Below, one piece after another: positions 44,063 to 56,919 of a DNA stretch of 64,000 bases (position 1 is the first letter of the stretch; every line of letters begins with the position of its first letter). The stretch is from Vicugna vicugna. Its lineage: Eukaryota. The DNA lies in NCBI GenBank assembly GCA_013265495.1, contig MU057776.1:62001-126000 (forward strand). Reading direction: 5' to 3'. Both the position numbers and the translations under genes were made by a program. The notes below the pieces were generated by a model that was given only the letters and a program-made list of their open reading frames with translations, made no database searches and was not told the DNA's origin.

Positions 44063-44584
44063 CATCAGTAAAACAGAAGTGCAATAACGAATTATCTATT
44101 CAAAGACTGTAAGAAAGCTAGTGAAAGGAAAGCAGGATAAATAAAAATTGAATCAAAGTGTAAGACATCACACTTTTTCAAATTAAATTCATTGGTTGCT
44201 AGCATTGTTTTAAAACAAAAACCTTTCTTTTATTCTTATAAGAAGCAAACTTTGAGATAACTTTGAGAAGTTTACCTTATAAGAAGATAAACTTTGAGAT
44301 AGAAAAGGACGAATTTTATAACAATGAAACCAAAAGATTGTCATGCATCTCATTAATGCCAGACAGCATAAATCTGGAGGCAAAGCACCTTCAGTGGGAT
44401 ATTTCACAGCGGGGGAAAAATGCACACGCAGCATATTCGATTCAAACTACAAACTTTTGAAAAAAGCCAGATTGAAAAACCAGTGCGCGAACCATTATAC
44501 CTTCTCTACAGAAAGTCAATGAGACGAACTGCATCAAACGCCGCATCGGAGATCTTGTGAGAAACAGAGTCAGATAGCGACTGT

Positions 44585-45837
44585 GCGGAAAGAAGGGGGA
44601 GAGCCCATCCACCTGGAATTCTATTTCTAGTGACTTATTCCTTGGGGTAAAGGGGAAGTAGACTTCCTAAACAAAAACGGCATTCCTTTGTCAGCAGATG
44701 GACCGGTAAGAAATGCTACAAAAAGTTTTTCTGGCAAGACATAAACGTATGCAGGTTAGAAACCTTGATCCTCATTAGGAAAGAAAGTGAATCAGTGAAG
44801 GAGTAACGGCAGGAAAATAGAATATTCTATTTCTCATTGTTAACTGAATGAGAAATAAGAACCACTGTTTGGTGACAGTGATTGTGGTGATTGTGAGTTC
44901 GGTTATGACAGCTCCAGGAAGGGAGATGAACGAGGCAATGTTGTCAGGCCCTGGCGGGGGGCCTGGGGACACGCCAGGGTCCCTGCACCACTTGTGAAGC
45001 AGCACGGTGCTATCTGAAGGGGCACACAGTCGGTTAAAATGCGTTCAGGCGATTTTGGCAAGAATGGTAAAGTAAGCCTCCCCTCCTCTCTGAACCCTTT
45101 CTAGCGGAAAGAAGGGAGAGAGCCCATCCACCTGGAATTCTATTTCTAGTGACTTATTCCTTGAGGTAAAGGGGAAATAGACTTCCTAAACAAAAACAGG
45201 GCATTCCTTTGTCAGCAGATGGACCCGGTAAGAAATGCTACAAAAAGTTTTTTCTGGCAAGACATAAACTTATGCAGGTTAGAAACCTTGATCCTCATTA
45301 GGAAAGAAAGTGAATCAGTGAAGGAGTAACGGCAGGAAAATAGAATATTCTATTTCTCATTGTTAACTGAATGAGAAATAAGAACCACTGTTTGGTGACA
45401 GTGATTGTGGTGATTGTGAGTTCGGTTATGACAGCTCCAGGAAGGGAGATGAACGAGGCAATGTTGTCAGGCCCTGGCGGGGGGCCTGGGGACACGCCAG
45501 GGTCCCTGCACCACTTGTGAAGCAGCACGGTGCTATCTGAAGGGGCACANNNNNNNNNNNNNNCCTCTCTGAATCTGTCATAAGAGCAACAAGTACCCCG
45601 GCAAAACTTGTTAGAATAAAACTTTTCAGAACTCTGGAAATTAGCAAACTCCTCGCACTAATCTGGGTGTGATTTAATCAAGACAAGAAAATGAGGTAAA
45701 GTAAGCCTCCCCTCCTCTCTGAACCCTTTCTGTCATAAGAGCAACAAGTACCCCGGCAAAACTTGTTAGAATAAAACTTTTCAGAACTCTGGAAATTAGC
45801 AAACTCCTCGCACTAATCTGGGTGTGATTTAATCAAG
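44585..45837 (+). repeat. Near-identical tandem duplications around a 14-N gap (probable assembly artefact)
   Basis: 44585-45026 is repeated at 45104-45549; about 45575-45680 is repeated at about 45730-45837; a linker recurs at 45066 and 45695; Ns at 45550-45563. Confidence 0.9.
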
Positions 45838-47462
45838 AAAATGCCTGCATCTTTGTCAACACAGCAAGGCTGTGGTGTGTCTATGCATCTCCCACTTGCC
45901 CTCTGTTGACTTGAAACCATCAGTCTGGGGCCGCCGGGGCGGGGCGGGGCTCCAGGCTCCTCCTCTGTCGCCCTGCCCTGGGAGAAACCACACACAGAGA
46001 GCTCCTCTGATCTCTCCGCTGGGAGCCTGCAGAGCACAAACAACTTTTCCCTATCGACATTCGTTGAGAAACAGAGCAATGGTTAAACACTGTGGCTCTT
46101 GAGGCGGTAGAGAGTATTCGGGGCAAACAAGAAGCTAACCAGAAAGCTCACAGGGAGACGCTGGGGCTGAGATGTCGTAGGGGGCTTTGAAGACACAATT
46201 TTTATACGGACAAAGGTCTCGAATCGACATTTCTCCCAAGGACACATACAAGTGGCAAGTGGTCAACAAACACATGAAAAGACGTTAAACACCACCAGTC
46301 ACTAAGAAATGGAAATCAAACCCGCAATGAGATTCCACTTCACACCCAGGAGGATAGGACAGCTGTCACCCCAAACCCAGAAAATGACCAGTGTTGGCAA
46401 GGAGGCAGCGTACTGAGACAAGAGACAGCTGGACGGTCCTCCAGGACACGCCGAGGGAGAGGAGGCTGGCACGCAAGGCCACGCGTTGTACGCTTCCTTT
46501 TACACGGCTTATGCGGAATAGGAACCTCCACAGAAACAGAAAGCATATCAGTGGTTTTCGGGAGATGAGAGGGAAGGGCGGTGTTTACTGGGCACCGGAT
46601 GTTTTTCTGGGGTCACGAAACGTGTTGAAACTAGAGAAGAGTGGAAGTTGTACAACATTGTGTGTTCACCAAATGCCCCTGAACTGTACAGTTTCTTTTT
46701 TCATTCCTACATTTTTTTCTCTTTCCACCTCCTCTGATTAATCAAAATACTGTCTTCATCTCCCTTTTCTTGTTCCCTCATTCCCTCTGCTTCTTTTCAC
46801 ATTCATCCCTTTAAAAAGTATTTATTGATAAGTATGCTTCCAGTCAAATTCACCTGCAGCTGGCCTCCAGGCATGCTTTCTTACTGCATAGCCTTCACCC
46901 TCGAGCACCGCCCTGGCTCTGTGACCCCCACCTTCCCGTTCACCCATCATGTGTGCACACGACCACCCCAAGTGGCATCACCCACACCCTAACTCAATTG
47001 TGTGTCTCTTGACCAGCCCCCTGCACCAACCCCGACACCAAAAATCCTTCCCTGTTCTCCCAACCTCGCTCCTCTGGTCTCCTCAGGCAACTCTCCAAAG
47101 CCGGGACCCCTAGACAGCAGCGCCACGTCCCTGCCTCTCTCAGGGCTCGGTGTCACAGAAACCATTGTCCCAGTGCGGGGCTCACTCCCCCTGCCCTGCC
47201 TCCCCCACGGCTGAGGCTGAGGAAAGGGAGGAGGGGAGGAAGCTAACTGCACACTCTTTACCTCGATTTAGAAACAGCAAGGAAAAATAAGAGGTTAGAC
47301 TTCTCCCTGGGCTTCTAGAAGCCAGGCACACACGTAGGGCGGTGTCCACACTCAGGAGAGCCAGAGGGACCCTATACACAGCCCTCCTCCCCCGTGCCTT
47401 CACCCACCCTGACCCTACCCGGCCTCGGAGCCGACTTCTCTGCCTGAGGAATGCGGCAGCCA

Positions 47463-48941
47463 TGCTACTGACAAAGACTGGTTCCGGAAGTTTAAGAAAC
47501 ATTAGCTGGCCACAGATATCATCAGGAACGTACGTGCCACCGAGGTAGCAGAATGACTGGGGTTCATCCCACAGCAGCTCCAGTTCTGCTTAGCAAAAGT
47601 GGCCCCGCAAGCACTCGCGTTCCACGCCGGGCTCCACGCCAGCGAGCCAGGCTTCTTACCCATTGGAAGTCTGAGAAGAGGTTGAGATCGTTTCAGCCCC
47701 AAGACCTCTAATCATTCGCTTGACCGGACAAAACTGCCTTGTGTGCGGTGCTACTTTGGGGAAAGGACAGACAGTAGCCGTGAGAGAGCAGGAGACTAGC
47801 GGAAGGGCTTCCCCGACGCGAAGGCTGTTTGCCGACCCGTTCTGACTGAAAGTCCTTGCAGCTTGTTTTCTCTTTTCTCTGACAAACCCCCATCTCTGCT
47901 CGCTGCACTCTCCCCGCACTCCCTGTACGCTCTTCTCCCAGAACAGCCGCTCCTCTAGCCCAGCAGCGATGCTCCAGGAAGGTGCTCATGGCTGACAGCC
48001 TCGGAAGGATGAGCAGACCCTCTGGAGTTTCCCTGTGGTGCCCGGTGGCCTCATCAAGATGAGGAAGAGGGCAGCGCCCAGAAGACGCCCTGATGGCTGT
48101 TGCCTTTCTGTTCCAGCCGGGTTTTCTATAAAACCTCAGGACACCAGCCCCAGGATGGATTTGAGACAGGAAGGAAGGGGTCAGGGCAGGGCGTTCAAGG
48201 ACTGACGCAGCAGTTAGCACCAAAGCTATGGAAGGGTCCGCTCCCGGCAGACCTTGGGGCCCAGGGTGATGGAGATTCGACTCCTTACGGACCTGGAGCT
48301 TCATTATACACTCACTGCAGTGTATCAGCATGGTAAACGGCCCTCCCACGGGGGCCAGGGCAGTTTCGAAGCTGACTATAAAGGCTCAAAAAGTGGGTGA
48401 TGGCCCAATTCCTGGGAATCCCAGCCCCTCCCTCAGAGTGGTTGGATTAATCCTCCCACTTGTCAGCCTAAGAAGGTACCAGCCCCTAAAAGCTAGCAAC
48501 CCCTACATCTCATGGCCACTCTCCCTTCTGAGGGAGCCAGGCCACAGTCTGTCTGAAGAGTGTGCATCTACCGAGCACCCAACCCCCACACCTCGTGGCC
48601 TTTCTCTTGCTTCTGAAACAGCCTGCACTCCGAAGTCCGCATCCCCCTAAATAAATCTGCCTTCACTCAACTGTGGCTCCCTCTTGAATTCTTTCCTGCG
48701 TGAAGCCAAGGACCCACACTCAGCGGGGCACGTCCCAGGGGCTCAGCCGAGACCTGGGACACGGTGCCCCTCTTGCCCACATTCGTTTTTCCTGTGTCAG
48801 CTTCGCAGCCTCTGAGGCACGAGCCTGCTGTGACCCCCTTTGCAGGCAAAGCAGTAAAGCTGTTCTCTTCTAACTCTGCCCAGGCTCTGCCTCCGAGTCT
48901 CAACTTGGCCGTAGGGTACAGAGGCCAGTTTTCCAGCAACA
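47463..48941 (+). mobile_element. Older ERV LTR split by a nested family-A LTR
   Basis: TATA-like tataaaa at 48127 before the insert; U5-like cagtaaagctgttctc...gtacagaggccagttttccagcaaca after it. 5' limit uncertain. Confidence 0.5.
48162..48799 (+). mobile_element. ERV1-class solo LTR (family A), + orientation
   Basis: TGAGACAGG...CCTGTGTCA; AATAAA 48650-48655; flanks gatt/gctt (4-bp TSD, 1 mismatch); reverse-complement homologue of 36936-37577. Confidence 0.88.
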
Positions 48942-51439
48942 GCAGTGACAGTAACAGGAAAGGAGAACCAGTCCCCTCTGGGGAAGGGCGAATCTGGGTT
49001 CCTGAGTTGTCACACTGTTTTAAAAGCCCAGTTTTTATCCGAAGAAGTATGAGAGGTGCAAATAAACAAGAAACTATGGCCCACACACAGGAAAAGAACG
49101 GAGTCAATAGAAGTTGTGCCTGAGGAAGCCCAGACGTTGTAATTACTAGAAAAATACTCTAAATCAGCCAACAGAGTCTGTTCAAAGAACTAAAGGAAAC
49201 CGTACCAACCAACAGAGAAGTGCACGAGCATGTGTCTCACCAAGTAGAAACCCCTGAAAAGGACCAAGCAGAAGCCCCAGAGCAGAGAGCGCCGCGAAGA
49301 GAAGGAAGAAGGAAGGAGGGAGGGAAGGCACGAGGAGGAACAGGAACTGGCCGCGCTGAGGCTGTCCAATTCCTGGCCTCACACTTGCTGTTTGCTTCTA
49401 GAACGGTCAGTAAATCTGACTGACAGGACACTGTCCCCAGCCCCAGGCCCACTGTTACAATTAGAGCTAGAGCTGGAGTTGCTGGTTTTCCTGTTTGTTT
49501 ACCTCACTCTGGCAACTGGAACTGACAATCGTGTTTGGATTCTGAGTCATTCCCCTGCAACGGGGGTCACTAGACAACAACCTCAGGAGAGTGACCAGAC
49601 CTTCCGAAGCCCCTCCTGGGGCCTAATGAGTCTGATCACATAGAGAAGGTCACGGGCTGATGACACTCCAGACCCCCGGACGGTCCCACGATGCTGGACA
49701 GACTCGCCAAGATTCGGGAGGGAGCTTCACCAGAGACTCCTGTTGACTGCCGCCCCCGCTCACTCTCCAGTTTGTCCACTATGCAATCACTAAGCCCCAC
49801 CCCGAGACGGCTCACAGCTCTGAAGACGCCAGCCTGCCGTGAGTCCCCTCTGCCCAGCAAAGTGACACAGCTGCCTCTTTTCTCCCAAGCTCCAAGACCT
49901 TGTCTCTGGGCTACCTGGCTCGTCAGGGACAGGGGCCGGACTTTCAGCAACAGGCAGAGGCAGGCAGGCAGGCAGAGACACCGAGGGACTCAGCGAAGGA
50001 GGTGCCAGTGGACTTCAGACCACTCCCCTGAGGAAAGCCCTGAAGCAGCCAGCAAGAAGCTAGCAAAGAGTCACCCCCAGCGACAGCGCGTCTCCAAAAA
50101 GCATCTGACACGCAAATAATGGGTGTCCCAGGACGGGAGGGGGGACGGGAGGGGGTCGGAAGTGCTCGCTGAAGAAGTAAGGGCCGAGAACCACCCAAGT
50201 GTGGTCAAAAGTTTAATGCACGCACCCCAGAAGGTCAACAACTCCCCGAAGGGTAGACGCAGAGACCCAGCCTGGACGCTGGCCCCCGCGCTCATCACCG
50301 AAAGACCCCTATTTTGGGAGGAAACCCAGAGGCCAAGGATGGAGGTTCTTCCAGGACCTTCCAGGACCAAGTGACATCACGGTCACCCCTCAGTGCCCGG
50401 CGGTTCTAAGCCCCACACACTGGCGGCGTCACACCCATGGGAAGCACAGGCGGTCCGTGCAGTGCTTTCTTCAGGGCTTCTGATGATAAGGCTGGCCGGT
50501 AGGTTTCTGTCCTCAGCAGGCAGGGAAGCGAATGCCCCCGGGCTCACAGGCAGTCCCTGCTACCTCTCACAGGTCTGGGGAGCTGCGCCCCGGTGAGATA
50601 AATTCTTCTGCAGACTCGGCTCTGCTACAGCACGAAGGTGATCTGCTTCCCTTCCCCAGACCTCTTCCCAAGAGCCAGCCTCCACCTGTTAGAGCTTTTG
50701 GCCTTGAAGGGACATAAGTCTCCAAGGAAAAACTGCAGTCACTCAAACTCAGGATGGATATTTAGGGCACCTGATCTCAGAACAAAGATGACATTTGGAT
50801 CCAGGTAGACTTCACTGCATCCTGAGCTTTCCCAAACCTAAAGCTAAGCCCCAATTATGAGGTTTTCTCTGGCCAGCTGGCTACTGTCGAAACTGGATCC
50901 CAAATTCGTCTCTCACGGCCCAGCCCCTAGGTGCTTCATTACCAAGGAGCAAATGCCCTCGCTAGGGTTTTGCCCAGGGCAAACCCACCAGCCTTCTCAC
51001 CGGTAGTCGTATGCCTTTGGGTAGCCCGTGACCTGGGGATGCTTATGGAAGCAGCGAGGTTTTCTTACCTCTAATGGGGAAAAGATTAAAAATGGCTCAT
51101 GTGTCCAACATCTACGAGTACTCTCGCCAGCTGCCTTGGCCGTTATCAAGGTCCCTGCATTCCGAGCTTGACTCCCTAGAGGCTGCTGGGCTGGGGACGT
51201 TCCCTCTACCCCTCTGGAGTTTTTGTAGCTGGACTAATAATAGAATTAATAGAAGAGACAAATTTTAACTCATGAGCACTGGAGTCTCACAGAAATGAGA
51301 TCTAAGAAGTGGCCAAGGCAGGAAGCTTTTATACTTATTAGACAAACAGTAAATTTGTGAGGGACTCACAGGACAAAGAAACTTAGGTTTTGGGTGCTTA
51401 ATTAGTGAAGAATCTAAACAGAGTTTGGGCTTCTGACAA

Positions 51440-51620
51440 TACTGTACAGCACAGGGAAATGTAGTCAAGATCTTGTAGTAGCTCACGGTGAAAAAGAATA
51501 CGAAAATGAATATATGCATATTCACATACGGCTGGAAAACTGTGCTGCACACCAGAAACTGACACAACATTGTAGACTGACAGTAAGTCAGTTAAAAGCA
51601 AACAAACAAAGAAACAAACA
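51440..51620 (+). mobile_element. Short L1 3' end with (AAAC)n tail
   Basis: ctgtacagcacagggaaat...gacacaacattgtagactgac matches 43510-43660. Confidence 0.85.
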
Positions 51621-51789
51621 ATGTCCTACTTGCAGATGCAGGGAGGGCACCTTTCACATGAGGACTTTACTCCCTGCTTGGAACAGAGAAGAGGGTCAGC
51701 GCCCCTCTTGCAACAGCTGTGTCTGAGGCAACTTTAATTCACGATGTTCAGTATGCCACTGGGTGGCCTGCCCAGGGCCCCACCAGGGC

Positions 51790-52770
51790 TAAAGGAAAAC
51801 ACCTTGCTGGTGTTTCCACCAGAAGAGCTGTTCTCCAAGGAAAACAGTAGCTGAGCCTCTGTCGTGGTCCCAAAGGATGTTCCTCTGGATACCAACGTGG
51901 AGAAGTTGACTGAAGATGCCCGACATGTGCCCCTGGGAAAGGAAAAGCAATATCAGAAACCTGACAGCTGTTGGCTCAGTGGAGAAAGAGAAACTCTGGT
52001 TTGGGCCAAACGACAGCCTGGTCTTCCCAGAAGTCCTGCAGTTCCTACTCCTGACCTGTGTCCGTGCACTGAGCCGCTGGTCCATGAGAAGATGACAACC
52101 TTCGTGAACCAGTATCAGTGGGAAATGCTAATAAGTCTGAAAAGAGCCCCTGCCTCATTTGTCCAAAATGTGACCCAGGTAAGCCTGTTCACACTGTTCC
52201 TCAACATTCTAAACTGTCTAGAACGGGCCATTCAAGGTGTGGCAAGTGGATTTCACACAGCTGCCCCATCTCTCAGATGCAAACATGTTTGCATTGTGGT
52301 CTGTATGTTTTCTCAACGGACTGAATCCCTTGTAGACAGCCCACAGCATCGTACCTTACAACCTGGAGGTTTTGTCTATTGGAAAAGACATCCCCAGAAA
52401 GACTCATCCACCTGTGTGGAGAGGCTGCTGTCAGGTACTGCTGACCAAACATTATGCCACCAAACTCCAGGGACGGGCTCCTGGCATCAGGTGACACGTA
52501 AATAAAGCACCAATCCCCAAGTGGACCTGCCCACCATCCAGGGACCTGAAGGTAAAGATCTCCCAGATGGAAGCAGACGGCATCTGACCAGATACCTTCC
52601 CAAAATGTCCGGGCCAGGCCTGTGCACCCCTTTCTCAGTGTTGCTTCTTACTTTACTCTCTCCCTCTCTTTCATGGAAAAGCAATGTCCTTACCTGCATT
52701 TCCCAATCCCTTGCAAAAAGACTGTTGGATTTGCCATCAGAAACCTTGATCTATCAAAGACAGCCACGAC
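51790..52770 (+). pseudogene. ERV1 (gamma-like) pol integrase and env 5' relic, frameshifted and internally deleted
   Basis: Across frames: CLICPKCDPGKPVH (52151), GPFKVWQVDFTQLP (52225), VVCMFS, LQPGGFVYWKRH...QVLLT, then signal-peptide-like FSVLLLTLLSPSLSW and the env CXXC motif CWICHQKP (52723-52746) followed by TGA. Confidence 0.85.
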
Positions 52771-53518
52771 CACTTAGCTGACCCTGCAAGGAATTTTGCC
52801 GGAATTCCAAGTGCCTCTTTATGTCTAAATTGTTCTGAGGATTTCTCGGAAAGGAGCAGACGCACTGATCTTGGTAACTCAAGTTGTTAACACAGACAGG
52901 GCCCTGGCAGAAATACTGAGCCCTGAGCCATCTGAAAAACAGTCCGGCAGCAACTGAAAAGGAGTCACCGTGTGACCCAGCACGTCCACGCCTAGGTATA
53001 TTCACCAGAGAAACGAAAACGTGTCCACGCAGAGCTGTACACGGCTGTCGTCAACTGTGCTAATAAAACCGCCAGTTACTTCACCAGCAAAGGCGGGCTC
53101 ACTCAGGAATAGCAGAGGAACGGCAATTCTGGACCTGCGAACCGCGCTGGGCCACAGGCGAACCCAGAGACCAAGGGAGGGAACTTGCCTTTACAGGGAG
53201 AAGGGGGAGCTGCAGGAGCCGGGAGCCCAGAGTACGGAGGCTCCCCGTGGGCGGGGCCGCTGCAGGCCTGGATTGGCTGGGCTGTCCTGGGGCGCAGAGG
53301 CATTTCCTTCTTCCTGATTGGTTGTAGGTAGAGGTGCCTTCCTGCAGAGGCATAGGGGACTCTTTTTCTCTTTGCAGTAATTGAGGATGCGTGGCAGGTG
53401 TGAGAGCTCCTCTCACAGGGCTGTCCTGACTCCAACCATAGATGAGTTTCTTTAATTAATTCCAGACCCCATTCCTCGTTCCAATTTAACCCAACCCTGG
53501 GATGGAAAAGCAAGGTCT

Positions 53519-53610
53519 GGGGGAGGGTATAGCTCAGTGGTAGAGTACATGCTTAGCATGCACAAGGTCCTGGGTTCAGTCCCCAGCACCTCCATTGAAA
53601 AAAGAAAACA
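53519..53610 (+). mobile_element. tRNA-Ala-derived SINE (camelid Vic-1 type)
   Basis: ggggagggtatagctcagtggtagagtacatgcttagcatgcacaaggtcctgggttcagtccccagcacctcca plus A-rich tail; A and B boxes; imperfect TSD caaggtct/caagatct. Confidence 0.9.
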
Positions 53611-54019
53611 AACACAAGATCTGTGTTATAAGACAGACTGCAGGGAGGCCGGTGCCTTGGGTGAGTGGTGCGGATGCCTTCGCACCAGCGGGTCTGCAGG
53701 TGCTGCAACTCAGGAGCACAACCCAGCCCCGACTTTGTAAGCAGAGGTCTGTGTTTGGGCAACTCTGATTTGACAGCTGCAGGGTAAAAACGCAGTGTGC
53801 TCTTGTTGCATTTCCTGTCCTGTTTTCTCTCCACAGCAGATCAGAAGCCCCTGTGGATCCACCCATCAAGCCTCCTCAGCACCATAAACAGGACCTCCCC
53901 AGATGCAGACATGGCTCCAGGTTTGCCTCCACTGGGAGGGCTTTTCCCCCGGATCACTGCAAACACGATGAGACGCTGGTGTCCAGCGCTAGGAGAGCTG
54001 TCTTCTCCCACAGCCTCAA

Positions 54020-54495
54020 GAGTGCCAGGTGCAGGCGGTGACACTGGTCACCTTGAAATGTGTCTCTCTGGACTGAGGATTGATTTAGACTGATTCTTCG
54101 TACGACACAGAAGACTCAGGAAGTTTTCTTGTTACCTCCCCATACCTGCCTCAAATAATTTAGATGGAGGACTTGTTAGAGACCAGAGTCCACTCTTTCC
54201 TGCTATTTCTGCTGGCCGGGCAAACACTGGTTCACCAACATTTGCTTTCCCAACTCCATGTCAATATCCTCCCTCCCACTTGAGGTCCCAGACCTCTCCC
54301 CAGCGCCCCCTTGGTCTCAGCTGGAGACAGTGTTTCTGGTGAGGGCGTCACCGTTGTGGCAAGCGACTCAGTTTCCTGGAGCTCTCCCACGTACACATAT
54401 TGTTGAAATTTTTTGTGGTTTTCTCCTGTTAAACTGTCTCATGCCCACTTAATCCGTAGACCAGCCAGAACTTACAAGGGTAGTGGAAGACGCGC
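54020..54495 (+). mobile_element. MER34-like LTR remnant
   Basis: ttttctcctgttaaactgtctc...ccagccagaacttacaagggtag resembles the LTR 3' end also seen at 56600-56690. Limits approximate. Confidence 0.5.
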
Positions 54496-55676
54496 CCCAC
54501 CAGCAGCAAGCCCAGCCAGCGGCACCCAGTGGCACGCACTGCTATGGAAACGACAGGTTGGCCAAGAAGCAAGCTCCACTCGGGGGCTGGGGTTCTCAGC
54601 TTCCTTACGCGGCAGGCTCAGAGGGGCTATCGCTCTGGGGCTCTGAGCACCTCCAAGACGTGGGCGGGAGGTTTTCTTGGGTAGATTACAAGCTTGGGAT
54701 ATTCTGGCCAATAAGGAGCGAACAGCTCAGCAACATCACAAAAGGGGAGCGGAGAATCAGGGAACAAGGACTCAGCTAATAAGAACATAACAGGTACCCA
54801 CACTCTTCACCTTAGATTTACAAGTAGGCCCAGCCCAGCGTTTTCTTCTCAAGACCGTTGGACCTACCACCACCCTGAACCGTTCCCCCAATTGACTTTC
54901 CTTCAAAGCAGTGCCCCGGGCACCCAACTGCCTCCTCTTTCTCTGTATGTAACATTTTTTTCCTTTCTCTCATGAATTTGCGTAGTTTTGGCAATTGGTT
55001 GCTTATTCTGAGTAATAATCTGTTATTCCTCAATAAACCCATTTTGCAGGTAAAATAACAGGCAGTTTTTAAGTCTTGAGAGAGCTGAGTCCTGGCCTGA
55101 GCTGAGCTGACCCCGTCCATCCCTGAGAAGGGGGCATAGGGCCCACAGCCAAGGAGCTGTCCCACCAACACCCAGTTCCTGCGTGAAATGCCAGGGGTGG
55201 CGGGAAGGAGGGAGGCAGCGGAGGTGGGCCGCACAAGCACGCAGGCCCTGGGCCCCGAAGCTGCTGCCAAAGGGCTCCCACCACGGCTGCCTCCTCGGGT
55301 CAGCAGCTCCCAGTGTCCTGCTCGTGGGAGCCCTTGGGAGATCATGGGAGGCTCCCCCGGGGCAGGCAACACGGGCTTCTGGGTGCCCGCCTGCAGCCAG
55401 GCAGGCCCCCAAGCCCGCCTGGAGCTCGGACTCAGAACCGGGACGGCACAGTGCGCGTCAAGGGGAGGGTGTGCAGCTGCGGTGCGGGCTCCGGGGCGCT
55501 GCTCCCTCTGGGGGCTGGGGTGTGGGGGCTGTGAGGGGCTGGCAGGGCCCTGCGTGGGGGCAGGGAGGGCCTGCAGCAGGCTTGGGTCCCCAGACCCCCA
55601 GGCTGGGGAGGAGCCCCCAGGCCCTGACCACACCCCTATATAGGGGTGGGGGCGGCTGGGGCAGGAGTGACTTGAG

Positions 55677-56700
55677 TAGGAAGGGAAGCAGAATTCATCA
55701 CCCCAAAATACGCCTCCTTGTCCTATCGACCATTTGGAGCTGGGTACACCGCGGAGATGCTCTGAAGCTGAGTAAAGGTCGCACTTTGCAAGAGACATTT
55801 ACTGCACAGGGGGAACCTGTTTGTAAGGCTGTCTCCTCTTGTGCCAGGAAGGGGGACGACTCCTTTCTCGAAAGTCTTGTGGCTGGAGGAGGCAGGACTT
55901 GGGGCTGCATGAGGCCGGACCCTTGTTCGTGTGCTGTTCTGGGTCCCCCCGCAACGGGCCTCTCCCCCCAGCGCCATTGGTCTCTGGTGGAGGTGGCACT
56001 TCGGGTGGTGGCCCTGATCCAGGAAAACATGGGGCGAGAGGATGGCCGTGTCCCATGTCGGGTCTGAGCCCCTGGGACGCGCCCCGCCAAGTGAGGGTCC
56101 TTGGCGTCTCGCAGGTAAGAATTCCGGATCGAGCCACGACTGAGACGAAGTGGATTTACTCCTTAGACCGCGTGTGGGGCTGCTCCCGTGGGGAGGGATC
56201 CAGAGGCCGCGAGGCGCGGGGTTGCTAGCTTCTCTGGGCTCGCGAGCTGCTCCTGCTGACAAGTGGGAGGGTTGTTCCAACCACTCCGGGGAAGGGGCAG
56301 GGGTTCCCAGGAACGGGGCCGCTGCCCACTTTTTGACCTTTTATGGTCAGCCTCGGAACTGCCCCGGCCCCTGTGGGAGGGCCCTTCAGCAGGCTCCTAC
56401 TTTACAATGAGCCCACGCGAGGCTCAAGATCAACCGGCACCAAACCTCCCGAAATATTGGTGCTAATGGCTGTGTGGTTCCTTTAATGGCTGTGCCCTGC
56501 CTGCCTCCCTCCTGTCGCAGCTTCAGCCATTTCGGGGAGTTTCTCAGTTTTCCTGGGTGTCTCCCATGCACACAGGATGCAACGCACGTTATTCAACTGA
56601 TATTTACTTTTCCCCAGTTAACCTGTCTTTTCGAAACAGGGGATCTCAGCCAAGTCAGGCCATGGAGGGAGGAAGGAAAATGTTCGGCCACCTCCAGCCT
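55677..56700 (+). mobile_element. MER34-like LTR directly upstream of the IFITM3-like promoter, split by a family-A LTR
   Basis: 5' gcagaattcatcaccccaaaatacgcctcctt; 3' ttttccccagttaacctgtctttt...tctcagccaag...gaaggaaaa. Confidence 0.6.
56015..56519 (-). mobile_element. ERV1-class solo LTR (family A), GC-enriched copy
   Basis: tgatccaggaaaa...ccccgccaagtgagggtccttggc...ctgtgccctgcc...cctgtcgca; colinear with 36936-37577. Confidence 0.85.
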
Positions 56701-56837
56701 CTGGGACAGGAAGCGCCCTCTGAGCCCCCGGCCCCCCTCCCGCCCACCCCTGTGTGACCTGACACGCAGCGGTTCAGCCCGCCCCCAGTACCAGCCCATT
56801 TCCGTTTCCCAAAACTCCAGGCAAGAGAAATTTTAGA

Positions 56838-56849
56838 GAAATCGAAACT
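56838..56849 (+). promoter_or_regulatory. ISRE of the IFITM3-like gene
   Basis: GAAATCGAAACT fits GAAANNGAAACT, 70 nt upstream of the ATG. A second ISRE-like site on the minus strand lies at 56798-56810 (GGGAAACGGAAAT). Confidence 0.85.
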
Positions 56850-56919
56850 ACTGGGGAGAGGGTGGGTCCCCCCGAGCACCGTGCCGCCGTCCCAACCGCA
56901 GCTTCTCTCTTCTGGCACC

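Noticed and set aside
44775..45528. Duplicated 76-aa ORF as a tandem gene pair
   Set aside because: Lies in the gap-associated duplication; no gene features.
53519..53594. tRNA-Ala(AGC)-like gene
   Set aside because: Extra 5' bases, stem and B-box changes, an A-rich tail and a TSD identify it as a SINE.
54818..56067. ORFs of 326 and 294 aa
   Set aside because: They cross LTR remnants and GC-rich sequence poor in stop codons; no recognisable protein.
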